Counted from the stretch's first letter, positions 27,150 to 35,577 are shown. The stretch is DNA of 40,974 bases from a virus (IMGVR_UViG_3300030397_000207:1-40974), one strand, 5' to 3'. The notes: generated from the sequence alone by a model not told the origin. Made by a program: numbers and translations.

Positions 27150-27956
27150 TTAATCCTCCCTCGGAGTTGGCACAATGTTCAAATATTTCTCATCACTACT
27201 TCCCGTTATTTTCTTGTAGACACCTTGGGCATGACCGATGATTTGATCTGCCTCTTGTTTCGATGTGTACAAATAAGCCGCTTCACGCAAGGCAACCATC
27301 ATGGCAGTTAGGAGGGTCATGGTATCCTCGACCGTTACCATCTGTTGCGCCAAGACCATTCTGCGCTGCTCTGCTGCAACTAGGGACCGCTTGGCATTCA
27401 CGAATGGGATAAGTTCTTTCGCATCACCCTTTTGCTCATTGGTCATTTCAATGATTTCGTTGATGACATCGATTTGGTGACGGAACTTCTTTTCATCGCC
27501 GTCAAGGTAAGCGTTGTAGAACTTGTCCCATGCCTTGACCATGCTTTTCCATGTCTTATCAGTGACGCCCATGTCAATGATGGTTTGACGATTCTGAATG
27601 TGGGTCGTCATGAGGGCAATTTCATGCTGAAGGCCGACAAGCTCAGGATCTGCTAATGCGCCTTTGTATCGTTCCTCCAGATTGGCGTCTCGAACCGCCT
27701 TTGAGTAGAGCATATGCCTGGAATTATGATGCTCAGTCCCCTGCTTCACTTTACCTCCGTGTTTCCTGCATCTTCTATACCCTTTAATGGGATCATCTTG
27801 ACAAACTGATCCATTCCTGCACTTTGCGCCACATATGATTACACCCTTGCTATTGCGCTGCCCTGCACGATATGGATTGCTTGGATCATCTGGATTCCTT
27901 CTGATTAAACTAGGCATTTCACTGTGAAGGGTACACCCATTGGTTGAATATGTCAA
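27150..27956 (-). CDS. Probable terminase small subunit (HGGxSTG-like N-terminal domain)
   Basis: CGAKCRNGSVC...RCRKHGG and HMLYSK followed by helical region; upstream of terL. Confidence 0.65.
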   Translation of the reverse strand: MTYSTNGCTLHSEMPSLIRRNPDDPSNPYRAGQRNSKGVIICGAKCRNGSVCQDDPIKGYRRCRKHGGKVKQGTEHHNSRHMLYSKAVRDANLEERYKGALADPELVGLQHEIALMTTHIQNRQTIIDMGVTDKTWKSMVKAWDKFYNAYLDGDEKKFRHQIDVINEIIEMTNEQKGDAKELIPFVNAKRSLVAAEQRRMVLAQQMVTVEDTMTLLTAMMVALREAAYLYTSKQEADQIIGHAQGVYKKITGSSDEKYLNIVPTPRED

Positions 27957-28190
27957 TCAAGTGTCATATTTAGGTCATTTCTCTGACTGAAATGGGTGTT
28001 TTTCAATGTCATAAATATCATAGATAAACTTCAATATAGGGGGTAAAAATAAGGGTATATTGACGCCGGTTAAGAATCAATATACCCTCTCCCCGATATA
28101 TGCGTACACTTCGTCAAAAGGTACATAAATCAGACTATCATATATGAGCCGCATTGTCAATTCATATAGCAATCGTGCTATAATTACTAT

Positions 28191-28625
28191 ATGAAACTTA
28201 ATGAGCAACAACTCAAACAACTTGTGGAACTATACCAAAGCGGCGCAACGATTAAGAGTATTGTGACCAAATTTGCTGTATCAGATAGAACCATTCATAA
28301 GTACTTAAGAGACAATGGGGTTACGCTTAGGCGTGCTGGCAATCCAAAGCAAGTCCACCTGCCCCCTGTTAGCGTTCTTGAAGAGATGATCAATGAGGGC
28401 ATGAGCATCAAAGCAATAGCGAAAGAATTTAAGGTTGCAGATGATACCGTGCGACGGCGATTAGGGATTGATAGGAGAGAAACCTATCGTTCTAGGATAT
28501 TCTCCGATGATGATGTGAAAGAAATTGTTAAGCTGCATCGACAAGGTATCTCTAATCGGACCATCGCTAACAGGTGGGGGGTAAGTCCGTCTACAATCGG
28601 GTATTGCTTGCGGAGGGTGAAGTAA
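28191..28625 (+). CDS. Protein with three tandem HTH domains, probably leaderless
   Basis: GATIKSIVTKFAVSDRTI, GMSIKAIAKEFKVADDTV, GISNRTIANRWGVSPSTI; TATAAT at 28179-28184, 6 nt before ATG. Confidence 0.85.
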   Translation: MKLNEQQLKQLVELYQSGATIKSIVTKFAVSDRTIHKYLRDNGVTLRRAGNPKQVHLPPVSVLEEMINEGMSIKAIAKEFKVADDTVRRRLGIDRRETYRSRIFSDDDVKEIVKLHRQGISNRTIANRWGVSPSTIGYCLRRVK

Positions 28626-28626
28626 A

Positions 28627-28836
28627 TCACTTCTTTTTCCTCTTAACACCAATCCTTACATTCCTGAATGTAATAGGCCATAAAACCGAGATAAACAAAT
28701 ACGCTTGCCAGGGATGAATAGTATCCCATACTGGATCATCACCCCACTCAATATCAACCAAATCACGCCGCATTAGCTCATAACATATTATAGTGATTAC
28801 GACATATATTGATAATGCAATCGAGAGTATGTACAT
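28627..28836 (-). CDS. Small membrane protein
   Basis: Two hydrophobic segments and a basic tail. Confidence 0.45.
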   Translation of the reverse strand: MYILSIALSIYVVITIICYELMRRDLVDIEWGDDPVWDTIHPWQAYLFISVLWPITFRNVRIGVKRKKK

Positions 28837-29124
28837 AGACTCATTATATCAATCTACTTCATAAAAGTCAGTAATTTTTACTAAATTTTTTTCTAAAAAA
28901 TTTCTGAATAGAGAGCGTGAACAGGTGGAACGGCATAAATCATTTCCCTATGCGAAGTGGGCAGACGATGGCTATGCGAAAATCTCCTTGCGCACACGAT
29001 TGCGCACCACTCATTCATCGTATATTGATAGTATGACAATCGTAGGGCGTCCGTACTTAAACATATCGTTCAATATGAGATAATACTTGTAGAGCGATTC
29101 AATTAATTCTCAGGAGTATATATT

Positions 29125-29301
29125 ATGACGAACTTTACCAGTGACCAGATTGCAGCAGCAGCCCTCGCAGCCGAAACCGCCAAGTTGATTGTGTTGCAGC
29201 AGTGGATGAATCGAGAAGATGCGGCAAAGGCTGAAGAGCAGATTGCAGAATTGCGCCGACGACAATTGGAGATTGAGACTAAGATAGAGTTGGGAATGTA
29301 A
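29125..29301 (+). CDS. Small coiled-coil protein (58 aa, not in ORF track)
   Basis: AGGAG RBS; MTNFTSDQIAAAALAAETAKL...EIETKIELGM; followed by a hairpin. Confidence 0.7.
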   Translation: MTNFTSDQIAAAALAAETAKLIVLQQWMNREDAAKAEEQIAELRRRQLEIETKIELGM

Positions 29302-29303
29302 GT

Positions 29304-29341
29304 AAACGGGGAGCCGATGATAATTGATCGGCTCCCCGTTT
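29304..29341 (+). terminator. Intrinsic terminator
   Basis: 15-bp perfect stem AAACGGGGAGCCGAT / ATCGGCTCCCCGTTT. Confidence 0.75.
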
Positions 29342-29363
29342 ATATTTGACGAAAGGAATTATC

Positions 29364-29714
29364 ATGAAAGAATATGTATGGAAAATAGTCGAGGATGATG
29401 GCGTATTTATTGTGCGCAAGCCGAACAAAGCGCCGATTGAGTATGAACACCATGCCGACGCTAACAGGGGGGTGATGCGCTCCTACCGTGCGACACTGGC
29501 GAAGTGGAAGCGGCACGGATGGACAGTCGAGAATGAATGCATATCCGATAACTGCATTACGGTATACGCCGAGGAACCGAAGCGTGCCACGAAACAGTTC
29601 ATCGTGCATCTGGACGCCGACCAGCACGCCAGGGCGATGGAGAAGTCGGCGCTAACAGGGGTGACGCTATCGAAGATGATCCGTGATGCCCTGGAAATTG
29701 TGTTAGCTGAATAA
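29364..29714 (+). CDS. Protein with C-terminal ribbon-helix-helix domain
   Basis: KQFIVHLDADQHARAMEKSALTGVTLSKMIRDALE; AAGGA RBS before ATG 29364. Confidence 0.7.
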   Translation: MKEYVWKIVEDDGVFIVRKPNKAPIEYEHHADANRGVMRSYRATLAKWKRHGWTVENECISDNCITVYAEEPKRATKQFIVHLDADQHARAMEKSALTGVTLSKMIRDALEIVLAE

Positions 29715-29739
29715 AACAGAATAAATAAACGAACAGAAA

Positions 29740-29764
29740 CCCTGCTCAATCGGCAGGGCTTTTT
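29740..29764 (+). terminator. Intrinsic terminator
   Basis: CCCTGC-loop-GCAGGG then CTTTTT. Confidence 0.65.
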
Positions 29765-30250
29765 GTTGCCTAGAAATAGTTTCCGATAATTCATAGTTAT
29801 CAGCGTATCTTCGTATAGTATTCGCAATTAGAACAATTGCTCTGCACCAACCCGCCACAACTTTTAATTTCTGTAAACGTTTACAGTTCACAAAATGATG
29901 CAAACTCAGAGCGACTGCTATGCGAAATCACAACTTCGCATAGTTGACTATGCGAATCGTGTTAAATCGAACGATGGCTATGCGAAATGAGAGAGAAGGA
30001 AGGGAGGAAGAGGCAAAAAAGAGTTTTTTTGAAACGAAAAGCGCCAAAAAAGATGCAATTTCGCTCAAAATCCTCGTCTGTCATGCACACGCTCCGCCAT
30101 CCGTCTGTATTTTTTACCACCTATAATCCCATGAATTCACTATATAAAATTAAAGTAACCACTATATAAAACTATACCTAATGCTGTCAGTCCGATTAAC
30201 CCCACCCCATTTCTGCCGTCCGCAAGGACTGTCAGCATTTTGTCACACTA

Positions 30251-30274
30251 ATTAATCCCGTTTTCGTGTATAAT
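30251..30274 (+). promoter_or_regulatory. Early promoter copy 1
   Basis: ATTAATCCCGTTTTCGTGTATAAT, near-identical to copies at 30782 and 32277; weak -35. Confidence 0.7.
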
Positions 30275-30315
30275 AGGCGCATCAAAATAATTAATTTCAA
30301 GCGGAGATACAGATT

Positions 30316-30711
30316 ATGAATATTCACACGAAATGCGACAACTGTAATGGCTTAGGTATTATTCCAAAGTTTGCCCACATTCAGAATGGAAAATGCTTCA
30401 ATTGTAACGGAAAAGGCGGATGGACAAAGGCGCAGATGGATCGTGCAAGCAAGGAAAATGAAAGACGACGCCAGCGCAATATAGAAATAGTAAATGCCAA
30501 CAATGCGCTCATCGAAAAAGAAAAACAGGAGAAGCGCAGGGTTGCAAAGGTGTCATCACAAAACCCGAACGGAACCCACGGATTAAAAGGCAAGAAACTG
30601 ATTTCTGCGGCACGGGAATGGGTAAGGGATAACGGAGAAAATAGGGATGAATTTTTGAAGGAGTTTGGATGGTCAAATAGCAGATTGTTTCAAATTGCTA
30701 CTCACTCGTAA
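30316..30711 (+). CDS. DnaJ-type zinc-finger hypothetical protein
   Basis: CDNCNGLG...CFNCNGKG. Confidence 0.7.
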   Translation: MNIHTKCDNCNGLGIIPKFAHIQNGKCFNCNGKGGWTKAQMDRASKENERRRQRNIEIVNANNALIEKEKQEKRRVAKVSSQNPNGTHGLKGKKLISAAREWVRDNGENRDEFLKEFGWSNSRLFQIATHS

Positions 30712-30722
30712 TAAGTTGTATT

Positions 30723-30746
30723 ACCCGTCCATAGTGGCGGGTTTTT
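30723..30746 (+). terminator. Intrinsic terminator
   Basis: ACCCGTCCA-TAG-TGGCGGGT followed by T-run. Confidence 0.65.
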
Positions 30747-30781
30747 GTTATAAAATGACAGTAGTTTGTAACATTTGCCAC

Positions 30782-30810
30782 TTGCAATTAGTCTCGTTTT
30801 CGTGTATAAT
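30782..30810 (+). promoter_or_regulatory. Early promoter copy 2
   Basis: TTGCAA-17 nt-TATAAT with conserved spacer TTAGTCTCGTTTTCGTG. Confidence 0.8.
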
Positions 30811-31009
30811 TATCTTATCAGGCGAATAAACTTTGCGGCCTTTTCTAAAGGCTAGAGACCGACAATGGCCGGTTAACGCTATTGAATCTCAATCATGAAG
30901 CACACGATCTTAATCACAATTTTCAAGCATTCCGCCACTATTGAAGCATTCAATGATTATGTGGCGTGGAAGTTGGCGACGATAATAGTAGGTTAATTAG
31001 GAGAGATAT

Positions 31010-31189
31010 ATGACTAAGAAAAAAATCATTCAACTAATGAAAAATGAGGTAGAAGACTTCGTAGATATCGATGGGTACGTAAATTGCACCCAGATGGCGG
31101 AGTGGGTAATATCAGAGTACAAAATAAAAGATGAAGAGATGGTTTTTGACGCAGCCGTAGAAGTTGCTGAATGGTACGAAAAAGGCTAG
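31010..31189 (+). CDS. Small acidic protein (59 aa, not in ORF track)
   Basis: AGGAG RBS; MTKKKIIQLMKNEVEDFVD...AEWYEKG. Confidence 0.7.
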   Translation: MTKKKIIQLMKNEVEDFVDIDGYVNCTQMAEWVISEYKIKDEEMVFDAAVEVAEWYEKG

Positions 31190-31253
31190 TCGAAACGGGC
31201 CTAAACAGCCCGTCTGCCGGAATTAATCTACCGGTACTGATGATGACAGATTG
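31186..31253 (+). ncRNA. Type II hammerhead ribozyme
   Basis: GUC-GAAA-stem III (CGGGC/GCCCG)-UC cleavage site (after 31214)-stem I (UGCCGG/CCGGUA)-CUGAUGA-U-GAC; loop I UAAUCU can pair with downstream AGAUUG. Confidence 0.85.
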
Positions 31254-31298
31254 CAAGCTTTTTGAAAAAGCTTGACCAAAAAACAGGAGATAATTACT

Positions 31299-31523
31299 AT
31301 GAAAAATTACAGAAACGGTAGAATGAGAGTGCAAGTATCGGGGAATTACACTGGCAGCAATTGGTCCATATCATCGAATTGTCACCAAGTAAATGAATGG
31401 TTAGATGAGTGGGTAAAAGACCGACTATTCCAAAGCCCTTGGCATCGAAATGTTGATGACGCCATAGCAGATCTGGAAGCATTTGCAGCACACTACAACT
31501 TAGAGGATGACAACCGGAAATGA
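31299..31523 (+). CDS. Hypothetical protein
   Basis: AGGAG RBS before ATG 31299; ATGA overlap with the next gene. Confidence 0.6.
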   Translation: MKNYRNGRMRVQVSGNYTGSNWSISSNCHQVNEWLDEWVKDRLFQSPWHRNVDDAIADLEAFAAHYNLEDDNRK

Positions 31524-31750
31524 TCATTTCGCAGGCCGTAGAGCGCCTAAACCAAATTGATCCAGTCCGATACCCTATCACCAAGCAAACGTCTGACACA
31601 CTGCGTCAGGCGTGCCGTAGGGGCAAGGTGGAGGGTGCAGCAAAGACGCTAACAGGGCGATGGGTAATCCCTGAGTTTGGTCTACTCAAATGGGCAAGAA
31701 ACCCAGATATGCACAAGCCAGGACCAAAACCAGGAGATGCAACGAAATGA
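31520..31750 (+). CDS. HTH_17/excisionase-like DNA-binding protein
   Basis: TLRQACRRGKVEGAAKTLTGRWVIP. Confidence 0.65.
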   Translation: MIISQAVERLNQIDPVRYPITKQTSDTLRQACRRGKVEGAAKTLTGRWVIPEFGLLKWARNPDMHKPGPKPGDATK

Positions 31751-31962
31751 AGACCGCAAAATTAAGAACTTGTGCATCATGCGAATGGATTTTCAAAATG
31801 AAGGATAATGATCCAACATGCCCCAAATGTCAATTTGGCTCTTATGGGGCAAGATATGTGTATGGGAATATTGCATATCGGTATGCCAAGACACAAGAGC
31901 CGTAGATTGATAGAAAGGTACATCAATACAGAAATGAACTGATAAAGGATGTCTGCAAATGA
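31747..31962 (+). pseudogene. Zinc-finger gene interrupted by an in-frame TAG at 31903-31905
   Basis: CASC...CPKC; the frame continues past the TAG (IDRKVHQYRNELIKDVCK) to a TGA overlapping the next ATG. Confidence 0.55.
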
Positions 31963-32177
31963 ACATCATTAACCGAATAAAACAATGGCGTAAAAATCGT
32001 CAAGAGTACCGTAATTACGTCCGCAATCTACAATGGCTCTCGTGGGAACTCTACGAAAGCGGATGGTGCAAAGATATGGAACCGCCTGACTTCCCGAAGC
32101 CATCGAGCGCATCATGGCCTGTCCACTCTTTTACCAATCACCATAGCAGCCCAAATAACGACAGAAAACATAATTGA
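31959..32177 (+). CDS. Hypothetical protein
   Basis: 72 aa; AAGGA RBS. Confidence 0.55.
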   Translation: MNIINRIKQWRKNRQEYRNYVRNLQWLSWELYESGWCKDMEPPDFPKPSSASWPVHSFTNHHSSPNNDRKHN

Positions 32178-32276
32178 AACAAACAATAGGAAACACAACA
32201 TTGCATCTACCTCCTACCTATAATGACGACTTAATATCTAAAAATGTTTCTGTCAGTATTTTGTAATAAAAACCAC

Positions 32277-32305
32277 TTTACATTAGTCCCGTTTTCGTGT
32301 ATAAT
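32277..32305 (+). promoter_or_regulatory. Early promoter copy 3
   Basis: TTTACA-17 nt-TATAAT with spacer TTAGTCCCGTTTTCGTG. Confidence 0.8.
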
Positions 32306-32381
32306 ATCTATAGGCCATAGATAATAGGCCAACTGACCAGCCTCAGTTATAGACTGGATTCTCAAGAAAGGAAGTACCCTC

Positions 32382-32657
32382 ATGTTACACAAATATGCTC
32401 AGTTTGACGAGTTGTTTGCAACCCCAGTAAAGCCAATTAAACAACTAAATATTACACGCATTCGGGATGAGGCACGTAAGCGACCAGCGCAGCAGTATGT
32501 GCGCAACATAACCACCCATGCCGATCCTAACGATTACAAGGGGTATGAGACTCATGCCTTTAATCGGGCGAATCTTAGTCAGGTTGCAAAGTCGTATAGT
32601 GCCAGCGCTGACAGTGCGGCACGGGATGAGGATGACAATCTGTTTTTTGCCGTGTAA
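32382..32657 (+). CDS. Hypothetical protein
   Basis: 91 aa, RBS, downstream of promoter copy 3. Confidence 0.6.
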   Translation: MLHKYAQFDELFATPVKPIKQLNITRIRDEARKRPAQQYVRNITTHADPNDYKGYETHAFNRANLSQVAKSYSASADSAARDEDDNLFFAV

Positions 32658-32669
32658 GGAGTATTAGAA

Positions 32670-32753
32670 GTGCTTATCATCACCCTGTTAGCGGTTGCCC
32701 TTGTCGCAACGTTTTTCATGGGGGAGAAATCCCCCTCTACATTTGAGGAATAA
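32670..32753 (+). CDS. Possible 27-aa membrane peptide
   Basis: AAGGAG RBS, GTG start, LIITLLAVALVATFF; contains the dispersed motif. Confidence 0.35.
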   Translation: MLIITLLAVALVATFFMGEKSPSTFEE

Positions 32754-32756
32754 ATT

Positions 32757-32978
32757 ATGGACGAACGAAAAGAGGCGCAAGAAATTAATACATCAATTAG
32801 CCTTGACGATTTAATTGAGGCATTCAGAGATATAGGAGAAGTACTAGGCATCAAAGATGTGGATGACGACAATGGACTACCCATATTTTACACTTTGGAT
32901 TATGGAGATGCTGACACAGTGGCAAAAATGATGTCGGATATAGTTAATGAATTTTCATCAATAGGAGATAAATCATGA
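32757..32978 (+). CDS. Hypothetical acidic protein
   Basis: 73 aa; GAGGA RBS. Confidence 0.6.
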   Translation: MDERKEAQEINTSISLDDLIEAFRDIGEVLGIKDVDDDNGLPIFYTLDYGDADTVAKMMSDIVNEFSSIGDKS

Positions 32979-33388
32979 CTGAATCAGTAAAAAATAAAAT
33001 CATAATACAAGAAACAGATTTGCAAAATGCTCTTGATGATTTGCAGCATTTCTACAACGAACTAGAAAATCTGAAAATGGAAATGGATGACTCAGTGATG
33101 GAATTGATCCCTGATGACGTATTTCGCAAAATTGAAATTATCAAAGCCCAGTACGCAACCAAGATAAATCGACAAAAATCCATTATTGAGGCCAATGAAC
33201 TTGCAATCAAGGAATTAATCACACATCATGGCAAAAGCATCAAGGGTAATACTTTACACGCTGTATACTCTAATGGTCGAGTCACATGGGATACGAAGGG
33301 TCTTAATGGGTATATGGTCGCTCATCCTGAAATTGAAGCGTTTCGCAAGGTTGGCAGTCCGAGTGTATCTATCAGAAAGGTGAAATAA
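32975..33388 (+). CDS. Coiled-coil protein, Gp157/Gam-like
   Basis: Long coiled coil ending GRVTWDTKGLNGYMVAHPEI..FRKVGSPSVSIR. Confidence 0.5.
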   Translation: MTESVKNKIIIQETDLQNALDDLQHFYNELENLKMEMDDSVMELIPDDVFRKIEIIKAQYATKINRQKSIIEANELAIKELITHHGKSIKGNTLHAVYSNGRVTWDTKGLNGYMVAHPEIEAFRKVGSPSVSIRKVK

Positions 33389-33591
33389 TGAGAAAGATAA
33401 CAGCATTCGATACATATGTTAATTTTACGATAAATGGAGATGAAGAGCGTATATATAGAAATATCACCAAATCGTCAACAAGAAGACTGCAAAGACAAAT
33501 ATACAGAATGCAACTCGCAAATCCTGACAATATAAGAATAGAAGTGACAATAGGCCAAACGTTCGGATGGGAGGCATTCATTGAATCTTAA
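33388..33591 (+). CDS. Hypothetical protein
   Basis: TAATG coupling with the upstream gene. Confidence 0.55.
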   Translation: MRKITAFDTYVNFTINGDEERIYRNITKSSTRRLQRQIYRMQLANPDNIRIEVTIGQTFGWEAFIES

Positions 33592-33934
33592 AATATCAGT
33601 CTGGTGCAACACCACCGCTAACAGGGTACAAGTAACCCCGATTGTTCCCACTGGAAAAGCCGCCAACCACACGTCATTTTTCCTAATTGACGGTGTGTGG
33701 TGGTCGAAAAAGTCAGGCACGCTCAAACCCGATGCGCATGAAAACGATATGAGTCATACAGAATGGATGTGGAAAATGCGGGATGAATGCATAAAGCAGG
33801 TTGAAGAGTTTGTCGGGCGCAGTTGTGAGGATTCTGTCAATGGGGAGGCGGTTTACTTTTTTCCGACTGAGGATTCTGCTATTGAGTTTGCAAATAGTTT
33901 GGCAATCAAGTGTGATATAGTTTTGAGAGGGTAA
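33581..33934 (+). CDS. Hypothetical protein
   Basis: GGAGG RBS, TTG start, 117 aa. Confidence 0.55.
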   Translation: MNLKISVWCNTTANRVQVTPIVPTGKAANHTSFFLIDGVWWSKKSGTLKPDAHENDMSHTEWMWKMRDECIKQVEEFVGRSCEDSVNGEAVYFFPTEDSAIEFANSLAIKCDIVLRG

Positions 33935-33938
33935 AATC

Positions 33939-34136
33939 ATGAAAGTCATAAATGTAAATGCGTGTTGCAACGAATGTGTATCTGGTCAGCTTGGTGAGCT
34001 TAACGGGGGTTATGGTCAAGGGCATTTTAAGTGCAACAATTTAACAAAAGAGGAACTTAATCTTATCAAATCTGATCTTGCATGGGTTTCATATGAAAAT
34101 GACAGATGGATACTAATAACATCTGATAAACAATAA
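33939..34136 (+). CDS. Hypothetical protein
   Basis: 65 aa in operon. Confidence 0.5.
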   Translation: MKVINVNACCNECVSGQLGELNGGYGQGHFKCNNLTKEELNLIKSDLAWVSYENDRWILITSDKQ

Positions 34137-34260
34137 TACCATTGCTGATTCTCTCGTGGTAAACGTAAAGCACCTTAACAATTCTATACGATGAATTGTT
34201 GGCACTAACACACTATCTAAGGGGCAACTTGGTATGTGGTTTTGAAACAACGATGAATCG

Positions 34261-34699
34261 GCAATAAGTTTTTAGCAGTCCGCAAGGACCAGGAGATACA
34301 AATTATGGATAACAAAAAACCTAGTCGTAACTGGTTTGGGCATCTAACAACAAGCAATATTGATGATGTAGTTTCTGTTTTGAATGGTATGCTCAAAGAG
34401 CAAAAATACACCTTCGCATCAATGCGTTGGTCGCAAGGTTTTGAGCCAAAAATGGACGTGAGAACAAGCCAAGAATTGAAAGACGAAATCTCAATCTATC
34501 AATTCAGCAATACACATTCTGGATTCCATGTATTAGATTCATACGGCCTATGGGGAGTATCTACAGTAGGCAATGGCGCTTTCATTAGTTTTGAACATTG
34601 GAAAGTAATCATTCAACATGAATCACCATCAGGAAATAAGTTAACATGGATAATCGCCTTAGAGCAATAAGTTTTTAGCAGTCCGCAAGGACCAGGAGA
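34261..34699 (+). repeat. 36-bp direct repeats flanking one gene
   Basis: GCAATAAGTTTTTAGCAGTCCGCAAGGACCAGGAGA at 34261-34296 and 34664-34699. Confidence 0.9.
34305..34670 (+). CDS. Hypothetical protein (cassette between direct repeats)
   Basis: 121 aa; RBS supplied by the repeat. Confidence 0.7.
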   Translation: MDNKKPSRNWFGHLTTSNIDDVVSVLNGMLKEQKYTFASMRWSQGFEPKMDVRTSQELKDEISIYQFSNTHSGFHVLDSYGLWGVSTVGNGAFISFEHWKVIIQHESPSGNKLTWIIALEQ

Positions 34700-34706
34700 G
34701 ATACAA

Positions 34707-34934
34707 ATGAACAACCTTCCAAACACAATTACGGTCAAAAAGACAACCATGTTAGAAGCCATCATCGGCATTACATCCGCTTCTCATGATAACCCACAAC
34801 TCATATGCCTTGCAGAATCTTTGTTTGGCGATGTGGTCCGAGAAGGCGGGTATAATGATATGTGGACATTTTGTCAGGCAATGGCAATAGAAGATGAATT
34901 AGGAGGTCAATTTGGAGATATACAACACAACTGA
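34707..34934 (+). CDS. Hypothetical protein
   Basis: 75 aa; RBS supplied by the repeat. Confidence 0.6.
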   Translation: MNNLPNTITVKKTTMLEAIIGITSASHDNPQLICLAESLFGDVVREGGYNDMWTFCQAMAIEDELGGQFGDIQHN

Positions 34935-35340
34935 GGCCAAGCGGTTCCTATCGCTTAATGGCAAGCCGATGGGAGACACAACTTTTGAATACCATATCAA
35001 GCGTAATAGAATCAAGCCAGACTTCAAATCTGGCAGGAAGAGATACTTTCACAAAAAAACATTGGAGGTGATAAAGAGGCAGATTAGAGATGAAGAAAAC
35101 TATACGTTACGTGAGATCGCTAACAGTGTGGTGGATTCGACTGGGAAATTGATACCATACCATATGATCCATTACCACTTCAACGAAAAACGCACATTCA
35201 AACCAGCAGGCAAACGTGGTCATTCCAAGACATACAGTGTGGAGCAAATCATGATGGTCGTGAAGTCGGAAGGTTGGCAGTTTTCTGAGTTAGGTACTCG
35301 TGAGTTATCACAACATGATTCTCTCGCAAAACCCGAATAA
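34912..35340 (+). CDS. Tandem MerR/HTH_17-like DNA-binding protein
   Basis: Two similar units (YNTTEAK...TFEYH..RIKP..GRKRYF; YTLREIA...IHYH..FKP..RGHSKTY); AGGAGG RBS, TTG start. Confidence 0.6.
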   Translation: MEIYNTTEAKRFLSLNGKPMGDTTFEYHIKRNRIKPDFKSGRKRYFHKKTLEVIKRQIRDEENYTLREIANSVVDSTGKLIPYHMIHYHFNEKRTFKPAGKRGHSKTYSVEQIMMVVKSEGWQFSELGTRELSQHDSLAKPE

Positions 35341-35521
35341 TTTTACGTGCGGTTTCTGGACATCCTGGCGATTTGCCGAGCAGAATGCAGGAAATTGTGT
35401 TCCCAGATACCCCCACCATGTTAGCGAATTCACGCTGCGTTACTTTACGATTAAGTTTCTGTTGTAGTAGACCGATTGCAGCAGCCAACCGTCCACCATC
35501 TATTTTGTAGTTATCTCGCAT
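35249..35521 (-). CDS. XRE-family HTH regulator
   Basis: VTQREFANMVGVSGNTISCILLGKSPG...ARKI; GGGGA RBS before ATG 35521. Confidence 0.7.
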   Translation of the reverse strand: MRDNYKIDGGRLAAAIGLLQQKLNRKVTQREFANMVGVSGNTISCILLGKSPGCPETARKIIRVLRENHVVITHEYLTQKTANLPTSRPS

Positions 35522-35577
35522 AATTCCCCGATTGTAAATAGTACAAATCATATCAAATTAAAAAGGAAAAAACAAGC

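Larger units (their letters stand above)
28948..29987. repeat. CTATGCGAA repeat family (6 copies) including a 17-bp direct repeat
   Basis: Copies at 28948, 28972, 29918, 29935 (inverted), 29948, 29978; ACGATGGCTATGCGAAA at 28965 and 29971. Confidence 0.85.

Noticed and set aside
484-31905. Genome-wide TAG recoding
   Set aside because: TAG ends several tightly packed genes normally (484, 662, 2821, 4623); only one suspicious internal TAG was seen.
32331-32349. TGACCAGCCTCAG resembling HEARO/omega RNA
   Set aside because: Only a short hairpin; no remaining scaffold and no IscB/HNH gene nearby.
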